Notes under the pieces: generated by a model
What the model was told of the DNA's origin: nothing
Databases searched by the model: none
Seen by the model: the letters and a program-made list of their open reading frames with translations, nothing else
NCBI RefSeq assembly: GCF_011745625.1
Contig: NW_027191454.1
Location: 744,001 to 808,000 of the forward strand
From: Cladosporium halotolerans
Lineage: Eukaryota
Length of the DNA: 64,000 nt
Direction: 5' to 3'
Shown: positions 25,122 through 37,093 of the stretch, in pieces
Position numbering within the stretch: position 1 is the stretch's first letter
Layout of the letters: each line of letters begins with the position of its first letter
Program-made: the position numbers and the translations under genes

Positions 25122-26782
25122 ATGGCACCCCCTCACCGCAAACTCCCCACAGACCGCACTCTCGCCTTCGCCGCCGCTATCGTCTCCTCCAAACCCGCCG
25201 ACCTCAGCGTTCGCGGTAGATTCGCACTTTGCCCATCCATTTACCACCTTCGCTTTCGACTAACTCAACGAACCAGAATACATCGCCCTCCTCAACCGCC
25301 ACATCGCCAAAGGCCGCCGCGAAAACGCCCTCAGCGCCGCCTACCGCCACCTCGACCGCTCCGCTTACTGGCGCGCCGAGTGCGAACGTGCGAAGGTTGC
25401 CTGTCGCGCTGCGGAGGATGCGAGGCTCGATGCGCTGCGTGAGGTGGATGTTTTGAAAGCGAAGCTCGAGATCGCGAGGTCGGCGGCGAGTCTGAGTGCG
25501 AAGAGAAAGAGGGCGGATGCTGATGTTGTGCCGTATTCGCGGGAGCTGAAGAAGGGGAGACAGGAGTTGGAGGAGAAGAGGGAGGTTTTTCTGGGGGGGA
25601 TTGTCATTGAGGAGGTCGATGTGGGGGAGGATGATGATGATGCTGGTGGTGAGTCTACATTTTTTTGTTTATCGTTAAGACAAAATCGCTGACGTGACAT
25701 GAGCAGTGCATGACCTGATGCGCGATCTATATCAGATAGGCTTGCATTTCAAGCCTGGCGCGCAAGTCGATTCTCGCGCTCTGGCGCAGCACCTATGCTC
25801 TGCTGCTGCAGATGTTGCAAACGTAGTTCTCGACGCCCTTAGGAGACAGAAGCCTTCCTTGAACTCGATGAGTGGTAATGGTCTATCGACAACGCTCACC
25901 GCGGCCGGCAGGATTGTCGCCGCATCATTGGCCGGTTTCCAAAAACTCCTCCGAGTAGATGGATCCGGAGAATTCGAAGGCCAAGTCACGTATTCGCTTG
26001 TCCAGATGTACGGTAGGCTTCTGACCGGTGTCGACGCCATTTCGAAAGCCGAGGCCAACGCAGAAATGAGCCACGACCCAAGTACAGGCTCGAAGAGGCC
26101 AAAGACCAAAGGGGGTACCGTCCGGGTGAACATCAAAGATGTGCCCGCCCTGAACGCGCTCACTGGGTTGCTCAGTGGGATACTCAAGCAGCTCGACGCC
26201 AATCAGCCCTCGCACAAAGAAGTTTTCGAAGGGCTGCTTTCATGCATTCTGTCTAAGCTGGGCAACCGCCTCCACACCACTTTTTTTTCGCGTCACCGAG
26301 GCGCCAGTGTTGCAGCAGAGATTGAATCAATCCGTTTTACAGATCCAGAAGGAGAAGCTTCAACATGCGAGAAATCGAAACACCTCCGTCAAGCCCATCT
26401 TGAAGCACCCTACACCATCCATTTGCTCAAGCAAGCCTTATCACTCGCGCCATCTTTTCTCATTCAGACCCCCGCAAATGTCAAATCGACGAAGTCTAAA
26501 CCAACGGCCAAGCTCAGCAATGTAACAAAATCCTCCCTCTCTATCGCGGTCAAGGAGCGCTTGCAGGCGACTCTTGTGAACGCAGTTTTCGGGGCCGAGG
26601 GACTCGGCGAAGAGAGCGATCTGTTATTGAATAGCTTGCAGATGCCGCAAGCGAACGGCCCCATTGTACCCGTGCCGAGGGTCAAGGAAGTGGAGGTCGG
26701 CGAGTGGTTCCAGGGAGAGGTATGGCGGTTGCTGGGATGGGAAGTTCTAGGGAAGGAAATTGAGGCTCCGTCGACGCACTGA
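25122..26782 (+). CDS. Hypothetical fungal protein (introns 25216-25276, 25649-25706)
   Basis: MAPPHRKLP...LAFAAAIVSSKPADLSVREYIALL...coiled coil...WFQGEVWRLLGWEVL; GT-AG introns join the ORFs in frame. Confidence 0.7.
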
Positions 26783-26810
26783 ACAGTGTTCAGGTAGCTT
26801 AGACTCGCGG

Positions 26811-27530
26811 TCATTGATCAGACGTACATGGCCGCGCAGGAGCTTTGACTGCGCCAATGCCTTCGAGCCAGATGACAACATCGTTTGCGCCGCTTCTTCG
26901 TGCCGCATCCAAGGGTGTGATAGTATCCCAGGGAGGAATGAAATCGACATCGCCTCCGATATCGTGCAAGAAGTTGGCAGTAGCAACTTGACTACCATGG
27001 CAAGCGTTCCAAAGTGCGCAGTTGGTATCGTTTTTTGATGGCTGCGTAACTTCATAGAAATGTTTCACCCTATCAAGAAGGCCAAGTGTCGCGGCATCCT
27101 GTAGGGTTACCTTCGCGCCGCGGGCAACGAGCCTTTGGGCGGCCTCGACCTGAAGGAACGCACGAGCATCCGCGAGGGGTGTTTCAGCAATCACACCACC
27201 TCCCGCGTTGACATCAGCTCCTAAATCTAATAACGCATCGATCACAGCCATATCGCCACAACTGGCGGCCCAGTGTAACGGAGTTTCCGAATGAACCTTG
27301 CCAATGAATTTGGCGTTGACGTCGGCACCGGCAGCGACGAGTGCTCCGGCGCTTTCGGGTGCATTAGTCCTGTGTCCAGGCCAGTCGGCTAAGATGTGTA
27401 ATAATGTTCGAGCCGCAGTCGTATCTCCGATGTACGTGCGTGAGAGCTCTGGATGCGCTTGCAAGTGACTCTTAAGAGAGCTGACGTCTCCAGAGTGGAG
27501 GGCATCGACGGCAGCTTGAGCTCTTGGGTC
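26811..27530 (-). CDS. Ankyrin-repeat protein of bacterial-like type; start codon / 5' exon unresolved (candidate ATGs at 27595 and 27622)
   Basis: DPRAQAAVDALHSGD..RTLLHILADWPGH..GADVNA..ETPLHWAAS..TPLADARAF..LWNACHG..TPLDAARR. Confidence 0.8.
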   Translation of the reverse strand, partial: DPRAQAAVDALHSGDVSSLKSHLQAHPELSRTYIGDTTAARTLLHILADWPGHRTNAPESAGALVAAGADVNAKFIGKVHSETPLHWAASCGDMAVIDALLDLGADVNAGGGVIAETPLADARAFLQVEAAQRLVARGAKVTLQDAATLGLLDRVKHFYEVTQPSKNDTNCALWNACHGSQVATANFLHDIGGDVDFIPPWDTITPLDAARRSGANDVVIWLEGIGAVKAPARPCTSDQ

Positions 27531-27906
27531 CTTAGGGGTATCAGCATAACGAGAAATGCGCTGTTTCAGAATGTATTGGTATATTACCTCGACATTTACC
27601 GAGAATTGAGGTATTCAGGCATACGGTTGGGTGGGGCAGCGTACAGGTGAACAAACTCTAAACCAGCTGCTTCCCGATCATGGCAAGGCGTGCACTTATT
27701 CAGCTATTCACGTCCGAGCATGCTTTGATCATTCTACCGTGTTTCTAAGCCTTGCGAATTCTCTTCAAGAGACAGATGCAGTCAACGACTTTCTCTTCAT
27801 CTGATTGTTTGTTAAGTCAATGTAATTGAACATCTTACGAAAACAAGCAGACGTGTCCAATGTAACGATCTCCTATGTTTGGCCGAGCCTTTACTTCACT
27901 GACAGT

Positions 27907-28756
27907 CTACTTTCGCCTGGTGAGGGAGCCCATTACGTGAGGCATGGTGTCGTACTTTCCCTCGCCAACGCCAGGTCTCAAGTCCACCTTCTCCCAGTCA
28001 CCCGCAGTTAGTAGCCACTCATCAGTTGGTCGGGTAATGTCGCAGCCGCCGAAGAAATGTGGCCAGATCAGATTGATGAAGCCTGCAAATGCCGTCAACG
28101 GGTGATTCTCAAAACGTCATGGGTTTTGACTTACGCTGCCAAGTTCCCACGAAATCACCCTGATACTTCGTCTTCACATGCTCGTAAACGATCCACTTGC
28201 CACCCGGTTTCAGCAGCGGGTACAAGTCCTTGATCACCCTCTCCGGGCCAGGAATACTGCACAAGCACTGCACCGTCGTAATCGTGTCAATGCTGCCCTT
28301 CTCGACTCCACCCTTAGTGTTCAACTCCTCGGCTCCGCAACCAATGATCTCGTAAACATCACCCAACCCCGCCTTGACCGCATTCTGCCTCAGCTCCGCG
28401 TGCAAGCCCACATTCGGCTCGACGCCATAGATCTTGCTGATCTCAGGGTTCATGGCGCGCGCAAAGACGTTCAGCCACTGTCCGGTGCCGGGCCCAATGT
28501 CGAGGACGACGCCACGGGCGTCCTTCAGCAGCGGCGTGACTTTGACCGCGGCATTTTCGCGCGCCCTTGGGCCGAACCAGGTCCAGAAGCGGGCGAACCA
28601 GTGGTCTTTGAAATCCTCGAAGCTGGTGAGGGGACGTAGGTTGAGGCTTGTTACAAGGTTGAGAATGGTATGCGGGATGTACCAGCCGGAATAAAAGAGC
28701 AGGAGCAATGGGCGGAGGAGGTTGAAAGGACCGGATTCCTGTACGGGAAGAGGCAT
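27907..28756 (-). CDS. Class I SAM-dependent methyltransferase, METTL7-like (intron 28134-28083)
   Basis: VLDIGPGTG motif I, YGVEPN, DTITTVQCLCSIP, LKPGGKWIVYEHV, GGCDITRP; hydrophobic N-terminus. Confidence 0.88.
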
Positions 28757-29183
28757 TTTTGCCTAGCAGTATTTTGTTTCCGTTTCAATCAGTCGCAATG
28801 TATTGGTCTGCGCGAGAGATGCTACGGGGTCCGAGTCAGATAAAAGATATGCGTATTTATATCAACTACCGAGGGAGCGGGGGCCAATGCCGTGCTGGTG
28901 GGGCGTTTTGTCAGCACAGGGCGCCTTTTTTCGATGAATCTCGCAAGTCGGCCGAGATGCCTGTCTACAACTCGAACGTAGGTTATTTAGACACGAATGC
29001 ATAGTTTCGAAACTTCAGGCCTAAGTCTGTTCATTGTGACGATCATACCGTTAGTGATGTAGAGGATGAGTGGACAATACCATTACACGTGAAGATCTAG
29101 CCAGCTTATACAGAAAGAAACGAATCTCAATATTGGTATCCAGCCCTGCAAGCAACGAACACAATCGATCAGAAATACACTTA

Positions 29184-32030
29184 TTAGAACAGGCCCCATC
29201 CCTTCCGTCTCCGGCGTCCGTCGTCCTCCGTCTGTGTTCCGCGGCTAGAGTTCCTCTTTTCTCTGGCTTCGAGCTGCCTCAGGCTGTCCATCTCCTTCAG
29301 AACATGCTCGAGCAGCTCCTTACGCTTCACAACGTCCAAGTGTCTCTTGATCTTAGGATCCTCACGAGCGAAGCGCTCAATGGTGCTGTCATCAAGCTGG
29401 CGGAAATGCTGCTCTAGCACTCGCGGGAACTGGTAGTAGAACTTGCTCAGCAGTTCGGCGTCGAGGAACAAGTCGGCAGTCGAGGTGAGCTTGTCGGCCA
29501 CAGCGTCGAGGAATATCTCAGGACAGTAGTACTTGTTCTTCTTGTCTGAGCATTGGCGCGACTTGACGGCGGCAAGACGCATGCGAATGATGTCCGAGCG
29601 GTCACGCAAGAAAAGCGCCTCCTTGCCCTTCTCAAGCAATGCGGCGCTGAAACCTCCTGCGCCGCCGATGCCGTCACCCTCGAGGACGACATCACCCTTT
29701 CGGACTCGGTCGATGAAGCTCACAACGTCCTTCATCTTGCGTCGACCACCGATCTGCTCTTCCACGACCTTGGTTGCAGCTTCGCAATCGTGCAGCTCGC
29801 CCTTGAGGACAGTTGTGATGTTCTCGCGGCCACGCTTCCACTCGTTGTCATCTAGCTCGATGCGGTATTTGTATGGCTTCACACAGATTTCAAGTTCGTC
29901 TGAAGTGTCGAAGCTCAGGTCACGCAGAATGTTTTCGGAGGCCTGTGTGATAGCTTCAATAGCGAATGGGTGGTTGGAAAACGTGCTGTTGTGGATCAAA
30001 GATTGGATCGACGACTGCAATGACTGCGCGGTGATGGTCGTAGCAAGACGGCCGATACCAAGTTTGGTCAGAGTGGATGTGGACGCGTCCAGCTTCAGAT
30101 GCCAAAGTGGATTTTCCGGATCCGCTTTGGGTAGTGATTCTAGAGGGTCTTGCACGCTTTCAGAGAGCTTATCAAGCGGCTGCAACGTCTCGACTGGTCG
30201 ATTCCAGTACCTTTGCGCCAGCAGGTTCAAGACCTGTTGGTCCAGCTCGTGCTTCACGATCTCTCGTACCTCTTTCCGACCAAATTGGTCCGAGAATCCC
30301 TTGAAGGAATGCTTGAAAGCATCCAAAGATTCTGCGAGATATGATTCCGCACTAAGAGAGCGCTCGTTGTACTGAACCTTGAACTCGTAAGTTGCCTCAG
30401 CCAACTCATGGTGGATAGCTTCGCTGGTAGTGGCCAATGAGGAGGACATAGTTGATTCGAGCACATGCATCAGCTTCTTGCGCAAGTTCGGAGTTCCAGT
30501 GAGGACCTGCGAGCTCTCGCCGAAAGATTCGGGATGCGCGTTGAAATATGCTGACTCGTTGCGTGTAATGGCGTTGAGAATGTTCGCAGATCCACGAGAG
30601 AAGAGCGATCTGCTTTCTTGCGGAATCTTGCAAACCACACCAACGTAGCCCAATCGAAGTGGGTAGTTCCTATCTTTCAAGATCTGGGCGCCTCGCACTG
30701 GATCTACTAAATCCATCTTGGTGACGACACCGATAGTGCGCTCACCTCGAGGATCAGCCCTTCGGGAGGCCCTCAAAGCTGTCGAATTCGCCAGATCGAC
30801 GTCGGCAGCAGAGATTGCGAGAATGACGTTCGGTGCCTGAATGTACTTGTCGCAGAGTGCTTGGATCTTTGTCTTCAGCTCGGTGGGCTGATCGAACGCC
30901 TCAACTTGGATGTAGCCAGGGAGGTCAATCAAGCTGAGATCTGGCACGTTGGGCGAATGAATGCGAAGTTGGATGGGGTCGTCTGACACGCAGTCCTTCT
31001 CCGGGACAGCAAGATTGAGGTCGGTGAGGGTCTTCTGGATTTGAGTGAAGTCGGTGATCTTGCCGAGACCGAGTGCAGGGAACTCGCCGTACTCAGCATG
31101 CGCTTTGGGTGTGTTCACAAGAGTGAGCTCAATCGGTCGGCGTGTGACCATGTTGGAGCCTTTGGGAAGAAATTCGTGGCCAACAATAGCCTCCAAGACA
31201 GAGCTCTTTCCAGAGGACTGGGAGCCCACCACTACGATGGAAGGAAGCGTAAGCGAGTCGGCTTGTTCGACTGTTTGGAGCAAGGATCGTATCTCGATCA
31301 TCTTTCTCGTGAGCATCATCATCTGGTCGTCTCTTGCCGCAACATCCTCCGATCGAGTATCATCCTCGCCCTCAGAATCCATTGCAAAGGCCGCTGCAGT
31401 TGCCGCACCAGCGCCGGCGGCACCAATGTTACTTTCCTTTGGCTCAGGTCCTCCACCTCCGCTCCCGCCCTCCTTGCTGCTTCCACGGCCCTCGTAAATA
31501 TCTCGCATCCACTGTGGCATCTCCACGTTTCCAGCATCTTCCTTCGTTTTGTCCCATCCACGGCCCATTTGCGCGAAGACGTCGTTGGCTCCTTCCCACA
31601 GACCGCTCGCAGTAGATGTCGCACCATCCTTAACCTTGCCAAATATATCGATGGCATAAGTTCCCGCTTGCACGGCCTGATATTGCAAGTAGGCAGCTCC
31701 TCCGATAATTGCCGTAGCGAACATGGCCGGTATGCGGGCTAACTTCATGGCCAGGCGGGGCAACACTCGAGCGAACGATGCATGTCGGACGGCGGGCAGA
31801 TTGTGGATGGCGCTTGAGCCCAGCGGCCATAGTCGTCGTTGTTGCCATCTTGGGTTTGACGCGAGGCGGCTGCTGGCACGAGAAAGAGCTGAGTATGACA
31901 GCACCCGTCGACCAGCGACTTGAGTGCGGGTGCCCGCGAGGGCTACATTTTGCGGTTGTCGACGCACTAGGGCGGAGGGAGCCTGTCTCGCAGTGCTTGC
32001 GAAGCGCGAGGACAGCTGCCTCAACATCAT
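29184..32030 (-). CDS. mgm1: Mitochondrial dynamin-like GTPase Mgm1/Msp1 (OPA1 family)
   Basis: Arg-rich presequence, TM segment, LPSIVVVGSQSSGKSS, VTRRPIEL, LIDLPG, TKMD; intronless. Confidence 0.95.
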   Translation of the reverse strand: MMLRQLSSRFASTARQAPSALVRRQPQNVALAGTRTQVAGRRVLSYSALSRASSRLASNPRWQQRRLWPLGSSAIHNLPAVRHASFARVLPRLAMKLARIPAMFATAIIGGAAYLQYQAVQAGTYAIDIFGKVKDGATSTASGLWEGANDVFAQMGRGWDKTKEDAGNVEMPQWMRDIYEGRGSSKEGGSGGGGPEPKESNIGAAGAGAATAAAFAMDSEGEDDTRSEDVAARDDQMMMLTRKMIEIRSLLQTVEQADSLTLPSIVVVGSQSSGKSSVLEAIVGHEFLPKGSNMVTRRPIELTLVNTPKAHAEYGEFPALGLGKITDFTQIQKTLTDLNLAVPEKDCVSDDPIQLRIHSPNVPDLSLIDLPGYIQVEAFDQPTELKTKIQALCDKYIQAPNVILAISAADVDLANSTALRASRRADPRGERTIGVVTKMDLVDPVRGAQILKDRNYPLRLGYVGVVCKIPQESRSLFSRGSANILNAITRNESAYFNAHPESFGESSQVLTGTPNLRKKLMHVLESTMSSSLATTSEAIHHELAEATYEFKVQYNERSLSAESYLAESLDAFKHSFKGFSDQFGRKEVREIVKHELDQQVLNLLAQRYWNRPVETLQPLDKLSESVQDPLESLPKADPENPLWHLKLDASTSTLTKLGIGRLATTITAQSLQSSIQSLIHNSTFSNHPFAIEAITQASENILRDLSFDTSDELEICVKPYKYRIELDDNEWKRGRENITTVLKGELHDCEAATKVVEEQIGGRRKMKDVVSFIDRVRKGDVVLEGDGIGGAGGFSAALLEKGKEALFLRDRSDIIRMRLAAVKSRQCSDKKNKYYCPEIFLDAVADKLTSTADLFLDAELLSKFYYQFPRVLEQHFRQLDDSTIERFAREDPKIKRHLDVVKRKELLEHVLKEMDSLRQLEAREKRNSSRGTQTEDDGRRRRKGWGLF

Positions 32031-32322
32031 CGTCCTACCATCAGCAAGCAGCGGACGGTAAGATGCTGTTTTCGACGTAGGAGTTGCGGGTGACAAAGTC
32101 GGCGTTTTATTATTGCTTGCTTACCTACCTTTCAGGATCGGGAGCTGCCTTGTTTGTTCTGAGCCGTGATGTCACATGTCAGATGGAGTCGGCTTGGTGC
32201 CACGACTTTCGCCGGCGTGTCGCGTCACAGCACGTCCTGCACACCACTCGTCAATAGAAACGCGCGCGACGCACCCGCCCTAAACGCCTTTGACTGCCGC
32301 CCGTCAGTGAAGCACCAGCACA

Positions 32323-34360
32323 ATGGCAGGGAACGTGCCGCCACCGGGCTTCACCGACCTGGCAGCAGTGCGGACATCGCGCGTAGGCATACGCGTCAAT
32401 GTCATTGGCAATGTCACTGACATCCTCCCTCCGGCACGATCCACCGGTGACTATATGGTCACGTTCAAGCTGCAAGACCCGAAGCTACGCAATGCGGTGA
32501 ACGGCGACCACGGTCTGAGGGTGCGCGCGTTCAGCAAACGCCTTGAAGACTTGCCTCAGGTAAAAGGCCAGGGCGATGTAGTTTTCATCCGAAGCGCGAA
32601 ACTCTCTGAGTTCAGGGGTGAAATCATGTTAGTTCTCACCCCCAGTTCGTCTTTCCTGGTATTCTCAGGAGCAACCATCCCAGATCCAGCGTTCAAGCTG
32701 GATTACGTGAGTGGCAACTCGAAGTTGCCTTGCCAGGGAACGGAAGGACTTCGTGGTTCTTTGTCTCCGGTCGAGCAAGACTACATCATCACACTGAAGC
32801 GCGTGCTCAACACCCAGTCGCAACCAAGCGCACTCACGAACCAAGCACAATCGAGCGTGCCCAACGTTCAACCACAACCGAACGCGGATCCTCGTTCCAC
32901 CGCTGCTTCCGCTACGCGTGGGATACGTCCTGATGTTACGCAGAACATGGCTTCAACAGCAGGGCGCGACGACAAATTCAAGCTGATCAAGAACTTGAGG
33001 CATCGGGTCTTCAGCAACATTTGCGTGGAGGTGGTCAAAAAGTTCGAGAACAGACTCGCCCAATGCGAACTCTACGTGACAGACTACACAGAAAATGACC
33101 AGATGTTCTACTACGCAGCACCCGAAGAAAACCAAGATCAGGCTCGCGAGGGAGATCAGTACGGGTATCAGGGCCCACCAAAGCGCGAGTGGCCGGGTCC
33201 ATACGGCTTCCATGTGTTTAAAATCACTTTGGTCGACCCTCACGCGGGATTCGCGAGAAATCATGTAGAACAGGGCGACTTGGTGTATCTGGATAATGTA
33301 AAAGTCAAACTCATGCCCAACAGCACGAGACTCGAGGGCGACATGTGGCCAGACCCGCGCAACCCGACCAAGGTCCAAATTCGAAAAGTCAGCAAGACTT
33401 TTAGGGGAGCCGCAGATGTCTTGCTACGAAAGGATGCATACTGGGCTCAGCGGCGCGTGATCAAAGAGCGAGAGGAGCAGGCTGTGGCAGAGAGCGAAGC
33501 AAAGCTGACAAAAAACCAAAAGAAGAAGCTGAAGGCCGCAAGGAAACAAGAGGAGGCAAGACGGAAGGCTGAACATGAGGGTGCAGTGGCAGAGAAGTAC
33601 GCATTCTCATTATCTACACTACATTTGACCTCTAACCTTTCATCTCAGGAAGCTCCAAGCCAACCCGCATATCCGCTGCTCCTACATTGACCAACCCCCG
33701 ACCACTATATCCCACATTCTGGACACCGCCAATGCCCGTCACATGATCACAGCTCCTGACGGAACATCATGTGTTCTCCCTTTCAATTGCGCAAAGCACC
33801 ATGTTGTAGCCCGCGTCGTTGACTTCTTCCCACCAAAGTTAGAGGACTTCGCATTCCAGCTTAGCGGGGCTGACATCGATGATGACAAGTCCGCGTACTC
33901 CGAGGACATGACATGGGACCCGTCAACACCGCACTGGGAGTGGAATTTCGTACTGCAGGTCGAGGAAGCCTCGAACACCCCCAGAAGCAATGGCGCCACG
34001 CAATCGCCACCAGCCAGGATCTGGCTCAACGTAGGCCACATGGAAGCGCAACATTTGCTCGGAAACGGCGTCGACGACCCGTCAGATCTACGGGAGAATC
34101 CCGCTCTGCTCAACCAGCTACGCGAGAAGCTCTCTATCCTCTGGGGCGATCTGGAGGAATTGAAGAGAGAGGATGGCGGTCACATGGCGAAGAAGCGCAA
34201 GCTGGACCAGACAGTCGACAGCCGTGAAGTCACGGCACCCTCAAACAGGCCTTTCAATTGCTGCTTGCAAGAGTACGGGGTTCTGCGGGACGGTGGGAGC
34301 GCTGACGAAGTGGAGGACTGGGACAGACAGTACATGATGTTTGGTGTCGTGATCAGCTGA
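32323..34360 (+). CDS. pot1: Telomere single-strand end-binding protein Pot1 (intron 33597-33648)
   Basis: OB folds VNVIGNVTD..LPQVKGQGDVVFIR, ELYVTDYTEN, WPGPYG, ARVVDFFPPKLEDF, PFNCCLQEYGV, MFGVVI. Confidence 0.87.
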
Positions 34361-34558
34361 AAGGTCTAACGAAATGGCGTTTTGAAAAGCACTCATCGCA
34401 GGATACCCCCATAATGACGGATCGGAAGAAATGTACACAGAGAAACGAATTGCATTGTACACGTTGAAGCCCATCAATCCATGACTCGCTTGCTGAAACG
34501 TAGGTGACCAAAAATGAAAATGACCGCAAACCCGAATCACGACAGTAAATGTTAATCT

Positions 34559-37093
34559 TTACTCCTCCACGAATCTCAACCCATCCACCCAAGCACCTCC
34601 AAAACCAACAGCCTCCTCGATTCTAAGAGCAATATTGATGCCAACGTCCGCCAGGCTGACTTCCCAGCCTTCACCAGCCTTCATCGCTTCCAGCAAACCA
34701 ATCATGGGCGCGCCCAGAGCCAGCACGCGGTCCGGCCGCACGGCAAGCGGCTCTCCATCGAGCAAGGTCGTCGAGCCGTCCGCGCCACTGACACCGCTGG
34801 GGCACGCGATAGACAGTACCGGCGCACGCGAACGGTTGGCCCAATCGATCACCTCGCGTGCTTCGCGCTGCGCACCTTCGCTGTGGGCGGCGTTCGGCGA
34901 CAACAGAGAGTCGTACGTGGCGCCGGCGAGAAGTGCGTCGATGATGATGGCCGGCGGACCGGAGAGATTCTTAATGTAGTTCGAAGCCTTGCGCCAGGTG
35001 CCGCGCTTGACGTCTGCGCCAGAGCGGGCCATGCGCTTAAGCATGAGCGTCTGCTTGACCATTTGCTCTTCCTGGGTGGCGGCTGACTCGTACTGGGCTT
35101 CTGCGAGGATGATCTTGGAGTGGCGCGGGGCGAGGTGGCGGGCTGCTGCGACAGCGCGGGCGCCGGCGGCGTGGTTTCCGGCAAGGACGACGATGACTGG
35201 CGGGTTGCTGATGGGGTTGAGGTGGGTGCGAGTTGCATGAGTGCGTGAGCCACGACGGCTGGTGGACTCAACAGGGTCGATCATGCTCATGGCTAACTCG
35301 GCGATGCTGCGCGCGGCAGTCTCGGTGATGGCATCTTGAGTAAGGCCATAGCGAGATGTGGTCTCAGACTCAAGCGTCTCCAGTGCAGCGGGAAGGAGAA
35401 CAGGGCAGGGCATGTTCGAGTGCTGCATGGTGAGGTGTGGGCCCTGAGTTGGTTCCGCAGGTCGCGGTGATGCCGCCGGCCTTGATGACACGACAGAGTG
35501 AGGCGAGTGCACGCGGTCTGGTCTCGGGGATGCGTTGCCTTTCGACGAAGACGGCTTCCCATTCCTACTGACCAGGGACACGGCAGACCTCGTCAATCCT
35601 CGCTCAGAGGATATGGAGGACGCCAGAGGATGCCTGCCCTCGACGACTGTGCTGTTCTGCCTGCTCGCCTGGCGCTTCGAAGCTGAGTGCCTTGATGACG
35701 AACGGCCGGTATGGAAGTTCATCTCCGTATCAGCATCGCTGCTGTCGTCCTCAGCGGCCAGCTTGGGGCTGAGAACATTTTCCGTAGGGTGCAGGTTCTT
35801 GCCTCCATACGTGCCCGGACGAGCCAGCCTGTTGAAGCCGACCAGCCGGTCCTCATCTGCGGTCGTGTCGCCCTGCCTAAGCTCATCGAATACTTGCTTC
35901 TTGTCAAAGAGGGTGTTACTGGCCTCGAAATCGAAGTCGCCAAGATCCTGAATATCGGTTGCTTCCTCAGTCGCCCATCCGTTCTGGCCTTCCTTCTGCT
36001 CTTCCCGCTGTTTGCGGCTCATTTTACCCGACGTCTTCTTAGTAGGTGTGGCACCCGGCTGCGGTGACGGTTGCAACAGAGGTGTTTGACGCCAGCCCTT
36101 GCCCCTCTTGATTGTTCCGTTCATATCGTTGCCATTCCTGGACACCTCAACGTTCATGACTGCAGGGACTTCTTGGCTCTGGCCACTGCTCCTGTTCTTG
36201 TTCCTGATACCTCTGCGGCCCCTCTTAGTCTTGCCAGTTGCATCGCCGGGAGTCGCACCCTCTCCATCAACTTCTGCGCCAACGGTCTCATCGGCCTGCT
36301 CCAGCTTTTGCTGCTGCTTCTGATTGGCCTCCTTGATCATGACAGACTTTGCAGGAAACTTGAGCTTGATCGGGTCTGCAACATAAGGTGAAGTGTTGAT
36401 CGCCGGCAGCGAATCAGCGGCCTTGGCCATTGCGCTCTTCGACGGCGTCGCGGGCGAGCTTGTGTCCACAGCCGTTGCTGCAGCCTTCTGCTGGGCAGGC
36501 GATCTTCCAATACTCATAATTGCTGGGTCGACAAAGTTGGCAGGCTGCTTTGGCGGTGCGGGCGAGGGAATGTTCTGTGCTGTGGGAAATGGAAGCTGAA
36601 TCTGATTGCCTGGCGCCATAGGTCCTTGGGCCTGTGGAGCAGACATCGGCACAGGCGGAGTTCCATGTGAGGCACTGGGAGGTCTCTGCATGTGCATTGG
36701 CATGGGCGGAGGCGGAGCGAAGTTTGCGCTAGGTGGTCTCTGCATGTGCATTTGCGCAGGCGGCGGCGGGTGCGTAAGCATTTGCTGAGCAGGGTACATT
36801 GCACCGTGTGGATTTCCAGGCATGTTCGAATGCGCAGTCGGCCCTTGAGATGTGGGCGTGGGCATAGGCGCGTTCGCAGCGTGTCCCTCATCTTGCTTCG
36901 CAATCACCTCGAGATCTGCGATCGCGGTTCCCTGAACCGTCCATTGTCCCCATCTTGTTCCGCTGCTGGGGAAGAAGACGTCTTCTAACGATAGAGTCTG
37001 GCCGGCGATGATTTCCTTGACGCGGCCGTGGAGGACAGTATTCGGGGGTTGTTTCAGAGTGACCTTGACAGTCATGCCAGTGAAGTCGGCCAT
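34559..37093 (-). CDS. edc3: Enhancer of mRNA decapping Edc3 (LSm + FDF + YjeF-N)
   Basis: N-terminal FTGMTVKVTL LSm-like region, DFDFEASNTLFDKKQVFDEL FDF motif, YjeF-N (LAGNH, IIDALL, LADVGI). Confidence 0.9.
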   Translation of the reverse strand: MADFTGMTVKVTLKQPPNTVLHGRVKEIIAGQTLSLEDVFFPSSGTRWGQWTVQGTAIADLEVIAKQDEGHAANAPMPTPTSQGPTAHSNMPGNPHGAMYPAQQMLTHPPPPAQMHMQRPPSANFAPPPPMPMHMQRPPSASHGTPPVPMSAPQAQGPMAPGNQIQLPFPTAQNIPSPAPPKQPANFVDPAIMSIGRSPAQQKAAATAVDTSSPATPSKSAMAKAADSLPAINTSPYVADPIKLKFPAKSVMIKEANQKQQQKLEQADETVGAEVDGEGATPGDATGKTKRGRRGIRNKNRSSGQSQEVPAVMNVEVSRNGNDMNGTIKRGKGWRQTPLLQPSPQPGATPTKKTSGKMSRKQREEQKEGQNGWATEEATDIQDLGDFDFEASNTLFDKKQVFDELRQGDTTADEDRLVGFNRLARPGTYGGKNLHPTENVLSPKLAAEDDSSDADTEMNFHTGRSSSRHSASKRQASRQNSTVVEGRHPLASSISSERGLTRSAVSLVSRNGKPSSSKGNASPRPDRVHSPHSVVSSRPAASPRPAEPTQGPHLTMQHSNMPCPVLLPAALETLESETTSRYGLTQDAITETAARSIAELAMSMIDPVESTSRRGSRTHATRTHLNPISNPPVIVVLAGNHAAGARAVAAARHLAPRHSKIILAEAQYESAATQEEQMVKQTLMLKRMARSGADVKRGTWRKASNYIKNLSGPPAIIIDALLAGATYDSLLSPNAAHSEGAQREAREVIDWANRSRAPVLSIACPSGVSGADGSTTLLDGEPLAVRPDRVLALGAPMIGLLEAMKAGEGWEVSLADVGINIALRIEEAVGFGGAWVDGLRFVEE

